A DNA stretch of 64,000 nucleotides from a bacterium. GTDB lineage: Bacteria; UBA8248. The notes below the pieces were generated by a model. That model had not been told where the DNA came from, did no database searches, and worked only from the letters and a program-made list of their open reading frames with translations. The DNA lies in NCBI GenBank assembly GCA_965213625.1, contig CBDBZU010000004.1:2624001-2688000 (forward strand), written 5' to 3'. The translations under genes and the position numbers were made by a program. Positions 48,502-58,396 of this stretch are shown one piece after another. Each line of letters starts with the position of its first letter. Within the stretch, counting starts at the first letter, position 1.

Positions 48502-49610
48502 GCGTACCGGAAGTCATCGTCGTCGGAGGAGGCCCGGGCGGCAGCACGGCCGCTTGGGAGCTGGCGAAGCGCGGCCGCCGCGTTCTCGTGCTCGATGCGG
48601 CCACGTTCCCGCGCGTGAAACTCTGCGCGGGCTGGGTGACGAAGCAGGTGATGGGCGACCTCGGACTCAGGCCCGATGAATACCCCCACACCATCCAGCC
48701 GTTCCAGAGCGTGTTCGTGGGCTATGACGACAAGCTCCTGGAGACGAGGTGGAGCGAACCCGCGAGCTACGGGATCATCAGAAGCCAGTTCGACACCTGG
48801 CTCTTAAGGCGCGCGCAGGAAGAGGGCGCCGAGGTGCGCGAGGGCGTCAGGGTGCGCGGCGTGGAGAAAACTACAGGCGGAATGCGCGTGGACATAGGGA
48901 GCGAGCAAATCGAGGCTCCCGTCATCATCGGCGCGGGGGGGCATACCTGTCCCGTGGCCAGGACGTTCGGCGACGTGTCGTCAAAAGAATCCGTCGTCCT
49001 GACCCAGGAGAGCGAGACGAACGTGGGCGCCGAGAAACTCCGCGACCTTGCGCCCAACTACGGCTTGCCCGAGTTGTTCGCCGAACCCGACTTCAAGGGG
49101 TATGCCTGGTATTTCACAAAAGGGGATTTTTTGAACATCGGCGTTGGCTGCATCGGCAAGAAGCCGAGCGTCCATGAGCGTCTCGATATTCTGCTCGAAA
49201 AATTCCGCGAGACGGGCAGGCTGCCCGCCAGGATGGAACTCACGAAATTCCGGGGCCACGCCTATTCGGTCCACCGCAGGCACGTCCGGCAGCCTGCGGG
49301 CGATGGCTTCGCCCTGATCGGCGACGCCGCGGGCCTGGCGAAAGATTTCAGCGGAGAGGGCATCGGCCCCGCGGTCCATAGTGCTAAAATGGCGGCGGAG
49401 GCCGCGCACAAGTATCTGGATACGGGTGAGGGCATCGCCGAATACGGCGAGGCGCTCTATGAGAAATACGGAAGTGGCGGGGAAGGGTTGTTCGATAAAT
49501 TGATCGATCGTCTTCCGGATAAGGTTCTTTTCGGCGTGGCGAAGTTCATTTGCGGCAACGCTTGGCTCAGACGCCGGCTGGTTCTGGAAGGCGCATTCGG
49601 AATCGGTTGA
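48498..49610 (+). CDS. Geranylgeranyl-reductase-family FAD oxidoreductase
   Basis: VVGGGPGGS, FPRVKLCAG, R..FD..L, GYAWYF.K, IGDAAGL...GEGI. Confidence 0.88.
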   Translation: MSVPEVIVVGGGPGGSTAAWELAKRGRRVLVLDAATFPRVKLCAGWVTKQVMGDLGLRPDEYPHTIQPFQSVFVGYDDKLLETRWSEPASYGIIRSQFDTWLLRRAQEEGAEVREGVRVRGVEKTTGGMRVDIGSEQIEAPVIIGAGGHTCPVARTFGDVSSKESVVLTQESETNVGAEKLRDLAPNYGLPELFAEPDFKGYAWYFTKGDFLNIGVGCIGKKPSVHERLDILLEKFRETGRLPARMELTKFRGHAYSVHRRHVRQPAGDGFALIGDAAGLAKDFSGEGIGPAVHSAKMAAEAAHKYLDTGEGIAEYGEALYEKYGSGGEGLFDKLIDRLPDKVLFGVAKFICGNAWLRRRLVLEGAFGIG

Positions 49611-49629
49611 ACAAAACAGTGAGGCTGCC

Positions 49630-50547
49630 ATGGTAAAAGAGCGAACAAAAGAATTCGACGCCGAGGCGATTTCGCACCACTACGATCTCTCCAACGAGTT
49701 CTACGAGCAGTTCCTGTGCGAGAACATGCTCTATACATGCGCCTATTACCGCGAACCGGACGGCGACCTCGCCCAGGCGCAGCGCGACAAGATGGACCTC
49801 GTCTGCAGGAAGCTCAGGCTCTCGCCCGGCGAGGACTATCTCGACATCGGTTGCGGGTGGGGTTCGCTGGCGATTTGCGCGGCGAAGCACTACGGCGTGA
49901 ACGCCACCGCCGTCACCCTCTCGCGTGAGCAGGCGAAGTGGGGCCAGGAGTGGGCGCGCCGCGAGGGCATCGACGACAAGTGCGAAATCCACCACATGGA
50001 TTACCGCGATTTCCCCGAAGAGAGGACATTCGACAAGATTTCCGCCATCGGCATCATCGAGCACGTCGGCATTGCGAACTACATGAGCTACTTCACTTCG
50101 GTGAGAAAGCGCCTGCGCGACGGCGGCTTGTTCCTCAACCACGGGATCACGACGAACAAATTCTGGAAACCATCGAGCCAGAACGAATTTCTTCTGCGTA
50201 ACGTCTTCCCCAACGGCGAGATGGACAACATTTCCCACATTCAGGACATCATGGAGCTTGCGCGCTGGGAGATTCTGGACGTGGAGAGTCTGAGACTCCA
50301 CTACGCGCGCACGTGCAAGCACTGGTACGAGAAATTCGAGGAAAACGCCGAACGTATCAAGGAACTCGTCGGCGAGCGTACGTACCGGATTTACCGCATC
50401 TGGCTGGTTTGCTCATCGAACGCGTTTTTCAGCAATTCTCTGGGTCTCTATCAGGTGCTGGCGCAGAAATACGAGTTGGAATACCGCTTCGACCCGCCGA
50501 CACACCGCGAGGGTATTTATAAAGCGTTTCTAGATCAGGATGCCTGA
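49630..50547 (+). CDS. cfa: Cfa-family SAM-dependent fatty-acyl methyltransferase, catalytic domain only
   Basis: AISHHYDLSNEFY, YTCAY, LDIGCGWG, TLSREQ, DYRD, IEHVG, NHGIT, FPNG, HYARTC. Confidence 0.88.
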   Translation: MVKERTKEFDAEAISHHYDLSNEFYEQFLCENMLYTCAYYREPDGDLAQAQRDKMDLVCRKLRLSPGEDYLDIGCGWGSLAICAAKHYGVNATAVTLSREQAKWGQEWARREGIDDKCEIHHMDYRDFPEERTFDKISAIGIIEHVGIANYMSYFTSVRKRLRDGGLFLNHGITTNKFWKPSSQNEFLLRNVFPNGEMDNISHIQDIMELARWEILDVESLRLHYARTCKHWYEKFEENAERIKELVGERTYRIYRIWLVCSSNAFFSNSLGLYQVLAQKYELEYRFDPPTHREGIYKAFLDQDA

Positions 50548-50571
50548 GCAGCGCCTTCGCATTCGCCCTGT

Positions 50572-51564
50572 ATGAATGCGCGCGCCGCTTCGCTCACCCC
50601 CCAATTCCGGCCGGCCTGGTATTGTCGGGGGCGTCACCTACAAAGCTCATGGGGATATTTTTTTAGGAAGCGCCCGCGCATCCCCTGGCGTCGCGAGCGT
50701 TGGGATACGCCCGACGGCGATTTCCTGGACATCGATTTCCTCGACGCAGACGATTCGGATGCTCCGACGCTGCTCGTCCTGCACGGCCTGGAAGGTTCTG
50801 CCGATTCCCATTACGTACGAGGTGCTGCGGCCAGGGCGCGCACGCTCGGCTGGCGGACGCTGGCGCTCAACTACCGCTCCTGCAGCGGCGAGCCGAACTT
50901 GAAGCCTAAATTCTACCATTGCGGAGAAACGGGGGATCCGGGCTTCGTGACGGGGCGGATTCTGGAGCGGTTCAGCGGGCCGCTTGTGCTGGCGGGTTTT
51001 TCTCTCGGGGGGAACGTGCTCCTCAAGTGGTTGGGAAAATGTGGCAATGGGGTATCAGCGCGCATTCGCGGGGCCGCCTGCATTTCCCCGAGCGTAAACC
51101 CCGCCGCGTGCGCGAAGGTTCTCGACTCCGTCCCGGGTTATTTCTACAGATGGCACCTGCTGAGCAGCGTGAAGGAAAAAGCGGAGCGTTTCGTGAAACT
51201 GCACCCCGGCCTCATCGACATCGAGGGGGTGCGCCGCGCGCGGACCTTTCACCATTATGACCGCCTCGTCATCGCGCCGCTTTATGGCTTCAGGGATGAG
51301 CTGGATTATTACGAACAAGCCGACGCTTCGCCTTATTTGCCTCGAATTCGAGTGAAGACGCTCATCCTCTCGGCGGAAGACGACCCCATCGTGCCGCCCC
51401 ACGTTTTCCCGCACGACCAGGTGGCGGAATCGGAGTGGCTGAGCGGCGTTTTGGTGAAAAATGGCGGACACGTGGGTTTCGTGGCTGGAGGGAACCCCCG
51501 CGCGCCGCTCTTCTGGGCCGAAGAACAAGCGTTCGAGTTTCTGGACGGTTGTCTGCGAGCGTGA
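50572..51564 (+). CDS. YheT-like alpha/beta hydrolase
   Basis: PDGDFLD, HGLEGS, GFSLGGN, DDP, GGHVGF. Confidence 0.88.
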   Translation: MNARAASLTPQFRPAWYCRGRHLQSSWGYFFRKRPRIPWRRERWDTPDGDFLDIDFLDADDSDAPTLLVLHGLEGSADSHYVRGAAARARTLGWRTLALNYRSCSGEPNLKPKFYHCGETGDPGFVTGRILERFSGPLVLAGFSLGGNVLLKWLGKCGNGVSARIRGAACISPSVNPAACAKVLDSVPGYFYRWHLLSSVKEKAERFVKLHPGLIDIEGVRRARTFHHYDRLVIAPLYGFRDELDYYEQADASPYLPRIRVKTLILSAEDDPIVPPHVFPHDQVAESEWLSGVLVKNGGHVGFVAGGNPRAPLFWAEEQAFEFLDGCLRA

Positions 51565-51688
51565 CGTAGAGACCCGATGCGGGGAATTGCGGTGGGGGTC
51601 AATTTCAGGAGAGGAGAACCTGTTCCCCATTGGCGCGGTTGCGGGCTTCGCACTTGGGCAGCATCGCCAACCGACGAGAGAGAAGAGA

Positions 51689-51843
51689 ACCACTCCCCCC
51701 TTGAGGGGGAGTCGAAGAGGTGAGGGCGTAAGCCCGAAAGCGATTCGGTGGGGGGTATAACTCGGAGTGGCGATAAAACGCGATTCACCCCCCACCGATT
51801 CAGACTTCGCACAAACCGCTCGTCTTCATCGACTCCCCCTCAA
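51689..51843. repeat. Nested inverted-repeat element whose right arm is split by the IS (remainder at 53364-53380)
   Basis: ACCACTCCCCCCTTGAGGGGGAGTCGA has its reverse complement reconstituted across the IS; inner arms TCGGTGGGGGGT and ACCCCCCACCGA. Confidence 0.75.
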
Positions 51844-53363
51844 GGGTCTGTTGAAAAACCCGGTGTTGGAAGCGGGCGTTTTGGCGGCTCACGCGGCGGC
51901 GGGGAGGCAGCCCAATCGGCGCGTGAGGGCGCCATGTGCGCGCAGCCGGCGTCTCCGGGCGGCACAGGCCGTCCACAAGGCGAATATACGCGCCGCAAAA
52001 GCGGCGGCCAGCCGCTTGAGGTTCACCGCTATCGCCGTCAGGTAGGACTGGATCCGCATGTTCGCAAGGCCCCGGCGCACCGCCCGCCCCAGTCCGTGCC
52101 GGCTCTTCGCCTCGCCGTGGTAGCCCTCCGAGCGCCAACGGTGGCGGCCATAGAGACGCTTCTCCTCCTCCCCCCAGCGCGCATGCCACCGACGCGCGCG
52201 CAACAGCGCCGGATACGCGTGCGGAATCAACACCGTCCTGCTCGTGCGCGACTTCGACAGACAATCGGGCCTGAGCGCGCAGCCCGCGCAATCCCGCGTC
52301 TTCGATACATAGGAGCGCCCCCGCTCCGTCGCCTGCCGGGGGCGCAGCGTCTTGCCTCCCGGACACTTCACCACCTCGTTGCGCGCGTCGTAGTGGAACA
52401 ACTGCAGCGGAACACGGCTCTGGCTGGGTTCCTTCTTCGCTGGTATCAGCGCTTCCACGCCCCGCCGCTCCAATTCGCCGTAAACCTTCGAGTACGCGTA
52501 CCCCGAATCCGCCGTCACCATCTCCGGCGTGCGGCCCGACAACTCGCTTACCGCCTCTATATGGGACGCCATCATCTCACGCTCGTTCCGCGTCCCCTCC
52601 GTCACCGACACGTCGAGAACAACACCCCGCTCATCGTCCACCGCCGCGTGCTGCTTGTAGCTCGGCTCGAACCCCGCCCGCGCGCTCTTGCGCGCAAGCC
52701 GCGCGTCCGGGTCCGTCCGGCTCACCGGACCCCCGCCACCGCGGCCTCCTCCCTTCTTCCCGACCTCATCATCGACGGGATTCTCCTGAATCACCTTCTC
52801 CGCGTGGTGCGCCGCCAGGCTCTCCCAGCTCACGTCCGCGCGTATCAACGAGGCGTCCACGTGCACCACTTCCCCCTTCGCCACATTCGCCTCCAGGCAA
52901 GCCTGCACCGTGCGACGGAATATCTCCTTGAACCGTGCCTCCCCCCAGCGCTGACGTATCCGCGTCAGGCTCGAATGATGCGGCAACTCCTCGTGCAGCC
53001 CGTACCCGATGAACCACCGGATCGCCAGGTGCGCACGCGCCTCGCGAAGCAGGCGACGGTCGTGAACGTAGCCCAGCAACATACCCGCCAGCATCAAGCG
53101 GAGCGCCACCTCCGGGTCGATCCCCGGACGACCGTTATCCGCGCAATAGCAATCCGCCACCTCCTCCCGTAGCCAGCTCAAATCCAGTACGTGGTCCACG
53201 CGCATCAGGACGTGATCCTCGGGGATCAGCCGTTCCAGCGAACCGGCCACGAACAAATCCATCTGCTCGCGCCTCTTGCTGCCTATCATCGAGGGAACTC
53301 CCATCTCGGGCGAGATAGTGTCATTACACCCAATCACAATGCCGGGGCTTTTTCAACAGCCCC
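51844..53363 (-). mobile_element. IS1182-family insertion sequence, 1520 bp
   Basis: Terminal IRs GGGTCTGTTGAAAAA and TTTTTCAACAGCCCC (14/15); flanking direct repeat CTCAA at 51839-51843 and 53364-53368. Confidence 0.88.
51889..53289 (-). CDS. IS1182-family DDE transposase
   Basis: LIPEDH.L, GRPGIDP, LPHHSSLTRIRQR, VHVDAS, TDPDA, ADSGY, CxxC, R.RSEG..GEAK. Confidence 0.9.
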   Translation of the reverse strand: MIGSKRREQMDLFVAGSLERLIPEDHVLMRVDHVLDLSWLREEVADCYCADNGRPGIDPEVALRLMLAGMLLGYVHDRRLLREARAHLAIRWFIGYGLHEELPHHSSLTRIRQRWGEARFKEIFRRTVQACLEANVAKGEVVHVDASLIRADVSWESLAAHHAEKVIQENPVDDEVGKKGGGRGGGGPVSRTDPDARLARKSARAGFEPSYKQHAAVDDERGVVLDVSVTEGTRNEREMMASHIEAVSELSGRTPEMVTADSGYAYSKVYGELERRGVEALIPAKKEPSQSRVPLQLFHYDARNEVVKCPGGKTLRPRQATERGRSYVSKTRDCAGCALRPDCLSKSRTSRTVLIPHAYPALLRARRWHARWGEEEKRLYGRHRWRSEGYHGEAKSRHGLGRAVRRGLANMRIQSYLTAIAVNLKRLAAAFAARIFALWTACAARRRRLRAHGALTRRLGCLPAAA

Positions 53364-53502
53364 CTCAAGGGGGGAGTGGTTGTTGGGGGCTCTGCAAGGG
53401 GAGAACGGTTTAGCGCGATCCGTAAGGGCTTTTTCTTGCCCCCCTGACAAGGGGGGGGGTAGGGGGGGTTGGTTTTCAAGGCAGGGGGAGGACGAGCGGG
53501 GC

Positions 53503-53627
53503 GGCTTTTTCAACAACCCCTCCTCGGGGTTGTCCCACAGTTCGCGAACCTCGGACAGGCCTCCGTGCCTGTCCGAGGTTTCCGCGTCTGTTTTGACGAA
53601 GGACAACCACGGAGGGATGTCCCTACA
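53503..53627. repeat. Orphan IS1182-type end plus REP-like cluster
   Basis: GGCTTTTTCAACAACCCC, then GGGGTTGTCCCAC, TCGGACAGGCCTCCGTGCCTGTCCGA and GGACAACCACGGAGGGATGTCCCTACA. Confidence 0.65.
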
Positions 53628-53714
53628 AAACCGTCGCGCCCCCACGAGGGCTCCCTCCCCACCGTTGCGTGAAAGGCTGTATGACGCGCGTCGACGTTGC
53701 AAAGGGGTTAGCGA

Positions 53715-54809
53715 TCAGGCGCTTCTGTCGTATTCCCTGAGCCTGAGTTTCTCGTGGCGCGCCATTGCGCAGCCGATGAGCCGATCCAGCATTTCGGGGT
53801 AGGAGACGCCCGCCGCCTGGATCATCCGGGGGTATCCGCTCAACTGCGTGAAGCCGGGCAGGGTGTTTACCTCGTTGATGTAGGTTTCCCCCGTCCGTTC
53901 GCGGTAGAAGAAATCCACGCGGGCGAGTCCCGAACAGCCGAGTGCGCTGAACGCGCCCCGCGCGTAGTGGCGGGCGTGATCGGCGAGGGATTCCTCCACC
54001 GGAGCCGGGATAATCAATTCAGCGCGGCCTTCCTCGTATTTCGCCTCGTAGTCGTACCAGCCCGTATGCGTCGTAATCTCCATGAGCGGACTGGCGAGGA
54101 ATTCTCCGAGTGAAGGGCCTTCGAGTACGGAACACTCCAGTTCGCGTCCCTGCGCGTGCTCTTCTATCAAAACCTTGCTGTCGAAGCGGAAGGCGTCTGC
54201 GACCGCGTCGTGAAGATCGTCAGGACTCTCCACCAGGTGGACGCCGACGCTGCTGCCTGAGGATGAGGGTTTGACGAACAGGGGATACCCTATTTTGGCG
54301 GCGGCTTCTTCAGAAACGGCGTCGCGGTCCGCACCCCAAGTTTCGGGAAACAGCGTGAGCGACGGCAGAACGGGCAGTCCTGCCGCGCGCAGCACCGCCT
54401 TGGCGACGGTCTTGTCCATCGTGACGGCGGAGGAAGCGCACCCCGAACCCACGAAGGGGACTTCCGCCAGTTCGAACAGTCCCTGCAGCGTGCCGTCTTC
54501 CCCGAATGTGCCGTGAATGATGGGGAAGAATACGTCGATATCGAGAGGCTCATCCCTTCCGGCGTACCTGAGCGGCCGCCCGTTCGGCGTGCCCGAGAAG
54601 AGAACCTCTTCGCCGTCATCAGGCGGCGCATCCGGGGCGGGGAGGGCGATCCAGGCGCCCGATTTCGTGATCAGGAGGGGATGGACGTCGTATTTCTCTG
54701 TGTCGAGTTCCGCCATGATGGCCCGGCCCGAGTTCCGGCTCACCTCGTGCTCGGTCGAGCGGCCGCCGAACACGACGCCGACGCTTGTCTTTTGGGACGG
54801 TGACGCCAT
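53715..54809 (-). CDS. ddl: D-alanine--D-alanine ligase
   Basis: FGGRSTEHEVS, HGTFGEDGTLQG, GSSVG, YDYEAKY, NEVNTLPGFT. Confidence 0.96.
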   Translation of the reverse strand: MASPSQKTSVGVVFGGRSTEHEVSRNSGRAIMAELDTEKYDVHPLLITKSGAWIALPAPDAPPDDGEEVLFSGTPNGRPLRYAGRDEPLDIDVFFPIIHGTFGEDGTLQGLFELAEVPFVGSGCASSAVTMDKTVAKAVLRAAGLPVLPSLTLFPETWGADRDAVSEEAAAKIGYPLFVKPSSSGSSVGVHLVESPDDLHDAVADAFRFDSKVLIEEHAQGRELECSVLEGPSLGEFLASPLMEITTHTGWYDYEAKYEEGRAELIIPAPVEESLADHARHYARGAFSALGCSGLARVDFFYRERTGETYINEVNTLPGFTQLSGYPRMIQAAGVSYPEMLDRLIGCAMARHEKLRLREYDRSA

Positions 54810-54862
54810 TTTCGGCGAATCCTTCCTCGGTGCGTGCGAAGCGTTTCAGGTGGGCGTGGGAG

Positions 54863-55429
54863 TTAACGTATCAGTTTCGAGAGGAATTTGAAATCCTCGG
54901 TGCCCGCCACGCGGAGCAATTCGAAGAGCGCCTGCTCGGTCGTGGCGGGAATGGCGCCTGCGCGCTCCAGCGCCGATAGGCCCGTCCGCCAGTTCAGCTT
55001 CGAGCGCGAGCAGGTGGCGTCGGCCACCGCGTGGACGATGAAGCCGTTATCCAGCAGGTCGAGCGCCGTCTGGTAGCAGCACACGTGCGTCTCTGCACCC
55101 GTGAGCAGTATCTTCGTCCTGCCCGTCTCGTGCAGGCGGGGCAGGAACGTCTCCTCCGCGCAGCAGCTGAACGCGATTTTCTCGATGGGAGTAAACCCGG
55201 GTACCTTCTCCGCCACCGCTTCGACGGTGGGGCCTAGTCCCTTGGGGTATTGTTCGGTGACGAGTACCGGGAAACCGAGGCGCGTCGCCGTCTCCGCCAG
55301 CGTCAATATGCGGTCGACGACTTGGGCGCGCACGTCTTCCTGCATGACGGACATGAGCCGCTCCTGCGCGTCGACGATGAGCAGGAGGCAGTCTTCGGGA
55401 TCGAGCCTGAAAGAATCGATGTCCGGCAT
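54863..55429 (-). CDS. Isochorismatase-family hydrolase
   Basis: IVDAQERL, TEQYPKGLG, K..FSC, GAETHVC. Confidence 0.88.
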   Translation of the reverse strand: MPDIDSFRLDPEDCLLLIVDAQERLMSVMQEDVRAQVVDRILTLAETATRLGFPVLVTEQYPKGLGPTVEAVAEKVPGFTPIEKIAFSCCAEETFLPRLHETGRTKILLTGAETHVCCYQTALDLLDNGFIVHAVADATCSRSKLNWRTGLSALERAGAIPATTEQALFELLRVAGTEDFKFLSKLIR

Positions 55430-55585
55430 GGGCTCTCCTCGAGCGGGAAGTGAAGAAAAAGGCTATTACAGGGGTCTCACGCGGTCAAGGATTGGCCCCA
55501 AAGCCTTGATTCCCTTATGTGCGTGGGATAGCATCGCGCAGTAAATTTTTCAGGCCATCATGGAAACCAACAAAAGGGGAACAAC

Positions 55586-56575
55586 ATGCCGGATAAGGCG
55601 AAAGTCGTCCTGACCGATTACGTCTGGGAGTCCCTGGACGTGGAGAACGAAATATTGGGAGATCTGGCCGATATCGTCGCCATGCAGACGAAGACGCCAG
55701 CGGAATTTCTCGGGGAAGCCGCCGATTGCGAGGCGGTCTTGAACACCTACGCCGGCCCCATCACGAAAGAGGACATGGCGGGGATGCCGAACTGCAAGAT
55801 AATCGCGCGCTACGGCATCGGCGTGGACACGATTGACTTAGACGCCGCCACGGAGGCGGGCATCATCGTCACGAACAACCCCACCTACTGCATCGAGGAA
55901 GTCGCCGAGCACACCATGGCGCTCTTGCTTACATCGGCCCGTAAGGTGGTCTTCTACGACCGCCAGGTGCGCGCGGGCGAATGGGCGGTGCCCCCGGGCA
56001 AGCCCATGTTCCGCTTGGTGGGCGCCACGCTCGGTCTCGTGGGTTTCGGGAACATCGCCCGGATGGTGGCCGTCCGCGCCGCTTCGTTCGGTATGCGGGT
56101 GCTCTTCAGCGATCCCTTCGTGGAGGAGGGCCAGTTCGATGCGCCGGGCGAGAAGATGGAACTGCCCGAGATGTTCGCGGAGTCCGATTTCGTCTCCATC
56201 CACCCGCCGCTCATCCCCCAGACGCGCGGGATGATGAACGACGAGGTCTTTTCGCAGATGAAGAACACCGCCGTCATTATCAATTGCTCGCGCGGCCCCA
56301 TCATCGATACCGACGCCCTCGTGCGTGCGCTCGATGCAGGCGAAATCGCAGGCTGCGCGCTCGATACCACAGACCCTGAACCACTGCCCGACCCACACCC
56401 CTTAAGGGGCCGCGAGAACGTCATCATCAACCCCCACGCGGCCTGGTACAGCGAGGAGTCCATGGTGGGCTTGCAGCAGGGCGCGCCGGGCGAGGTGCGG
56501 CGCGTGCTTTCGGGCGAGTGGCCCGTGAACGTGGTCAACAGAAAGGTGAAGGACAACAACAGGGCTGGTTTGTAG
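55586..56575 (+). CDS. D-2-hydroxyacid dehydrogenase (CtBP-like)
   Basis: RYGIGVD, YCIEEVA, GLVGFGNI, NCSRG, PHAAWYS. Confidence 0.9.
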   Translation: MPDKAKVVLTDYVWESLDVENEILGDLADIVAMQTKTPAEFLGEAADCEAVLNTYAGPITKEDMAGMPNCKIIARYGIGVDTIDLDAATEAGIIVTNNPTYCIEEVAEHTMALLLTSARKVVFYDRQVRAGEWAVPPGKPMFRLVGATLGLVGFGNIARMVAVRAASFGMRVLFSDPFVEEGQFDAPGEKMELPEMFAESDFVSIHPPLIPQTRGMMNDEVFSQMKNTAVIINCSRGPIIDTDALVRALDAGEIAGCALDTTDPEPLPDPHPLRGRENVIINPHAAWYSEESMVGLQQGAPGEVRRVLSGEWPVNVVNRKVKDNNRAGL

Positions 56576-56977
56576 ATCAATCGCGATTGATGAAAGAGCG
56601 ATTGACGACACCAATGCGGAAGCGATTGCTGCTGACGAGGAATACATCTTTACTGGAATTCTGCTACTCCGGTCGTGTTCTAACAACATGTGCTGGATTG
56701 ACGAGCGAGATATCGGTGTGCACTCGGCATCAGAACCGCATCCGCTCTTGACATCGGTTGCTTTCGTCCGTAATAAGAATCTTGTGATTGCTTAAATCCC
56801 TGTGGCTTCGGCGTCCGGCGAGGCCATGCGCCGCCCGTGGCGAAACCAAGCGAATCGGTTTCATTTTCCCTCGCTATCGGGGATAATGCATCCGCGTGTC
56901 GCTGGAAGATGGATAGCCTTGGGGATGTGCGAAGTGAATAGGTGGTTCGTGTCTCAGAACAGGAGTGTAGAGTCCGC

Positions 56978-57532
56978 ATGAACACTCGATTAAAAGCCCC
57001 TCCGGTGAAGCTGCCGGCCGATTACGAGGAAGAGGCGAAAGAGAAAAAACCGTTCATCGACCGCAGGCGGTTCATGAACTACACGGGGTGGCTCGGCGTC
57101 CTGGGCGCCATCAACATCGCGCTGCTGGGTTTCTTGCGCTTCATGTTCCCGCGCGTACTGTTCGAACCGCCCACCGAATTCAAGGCGGGGGACCCGGCGG
57201 ACTACGCCGTGGGCGTGGTGGACACCCGCTACGTGAACAGCGAGCGCGTATGGATTATCCGCGAGCAGAATGGTTTTTACGCCCTGAGCGCGATATGTAC
57301 CCATCTGGGATGCACGCCTAAATATCTAGGCTCAGAGGACAAGTTCAAGTGCCCCTGCCACGGGAGCGGATTCCGGAGATCCGGTATCAACTTCGAGGGT
57401 CCGGCGCCGAGGCCGCTCGAGAGGCTCAAGATCGGCCTGGCCGAGGATGGGCAACTGATTATCGACAGGGGCAAGCTGTTTCTCCACGAGAAAGGGCAAT
57501 GGGACGACCCGGGCGCTTTTCTCTTTACTTAA
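56978..57532 (+). CDS. petC: Rieske iron-sulfur subunit of a Rieske/cyt b complex
   Basis: Tat-like DRRRF plus TM helix, CTHLGC, CPCHGS, GPAPRPL. Confidence 0.93.
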   Translation: MNTRLKAPPVKLPADYEEEAKEKKPFIDRRRFMNYTGWLGVLGAINIALLGFLRFMFPRVLFEPPTEFKAGDPADYAVGVVDTRYVNSERVWIIREQNGFYALSAICTHLGCTPKYLGSEDKFKCPCHGSGFRRSGINFEGPAPRPLERLKIGLAEDGQLIIDRGKLFLHEKGQWDDPGAFLFT

Positions 57533-57575
57533 GAGCTTATATGTTTGTTTGATGCGAGTACGTGGGGGTTTTTAG

Positions 57576-58364
57576 ATGCCGAGTTTGAAAGAACGCATGA
57601 ATCTGGACCAGGTGAAACGCAGCGTGCTCGACTCCCAGGTGTGGAGGTCGATGTTCCGCCACGGGTATGAGGACACGCCGAGAAACCGCGTTCTCATGGT
57701 GGTGGACAACCTCTGGCTGCACTTGCACCCCACGAAAATCAGGCGGCACGCCATTCGCATCCGCTTCACGTGGTGCATGGGCGGGGTGACGTTCCTGCTG
57801 TTCCTCTATCTGGTCGTTACCGGCGTGGTCTTGATGTTCTACTATCGGCCCGTGGGCGAATACGCCTACGCTGACATCAAGTATCTGGAATTCGACGCCC
57901 CCTTCGGCATGTTCATGCGCAACATGCACCGCTGGGCGGCGCATGCGATGGTCATCGCCGTGTGGCTGCACATGCTGCGCGTTTTCATGACGGGCTCCTA
58001 CAAGCCGCCGCGCGAGTTCAACTGGGTCATCGGGGTTTTGCTGTTGACGCTGACTCTTTTGCTCAGTTTCACCGGCTATCTGCTCCCCTGGGATCAGCTC
58101 GCCATCTGGGCGGTGACGGTGGGAACCAACATGGCGCGGGCGACGCCGCTTCTGGGGCACGAGGGCCCGTTCGCCGAAATGGTGGGCGTCACGCCGCGCT
58201 TCGACGCGCGCTCGGCGCTGCTGGGCGGAACCATCGTCGGACCGCCCACGCTTTTGCGTTTCTATGTGCTGCACTGCATCGTCGTTCCGTTGATAGCGGC
58301 GATTCTGATGATGGTGCACTTCTGGAGAATCCGAAAAGACGGGGGTATCTCGGGACCCTTGTAA
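57576..58364 (+). CDS. petB: Cytochrome b6-type (short, N-terminal) subunit
   Basis: [57 protein letters not shown]. Confidence 0.93.
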   Translation: MPSLKERMNLDQVKRSVLDSQVWRSMFRHGYEDTPRNRVLMVVDNLWLHLHPTKIRRHAIRIRFTWCMGGVTFLLFLYLVVTGVVLMFYYRPVGEYAYADIKYLEFDAPFGMFMRNMHRWAAHAMVIAVWLHMLRVFMTGSYKPPREFNWVIGVLLLTLTLLLSFTGYLLPWDQLAIWAVTVGTNMARATPLLGHEGPFAEMVGVTPRFDARSALLGGTIVGPPTLLRFYVLHCIVVPLIAAILMMVHFWRIRKDGGISGPL

Positions 58365-58396
58365 GTTTCGTGGCATAACAGGGAAGGGCGAGTACA

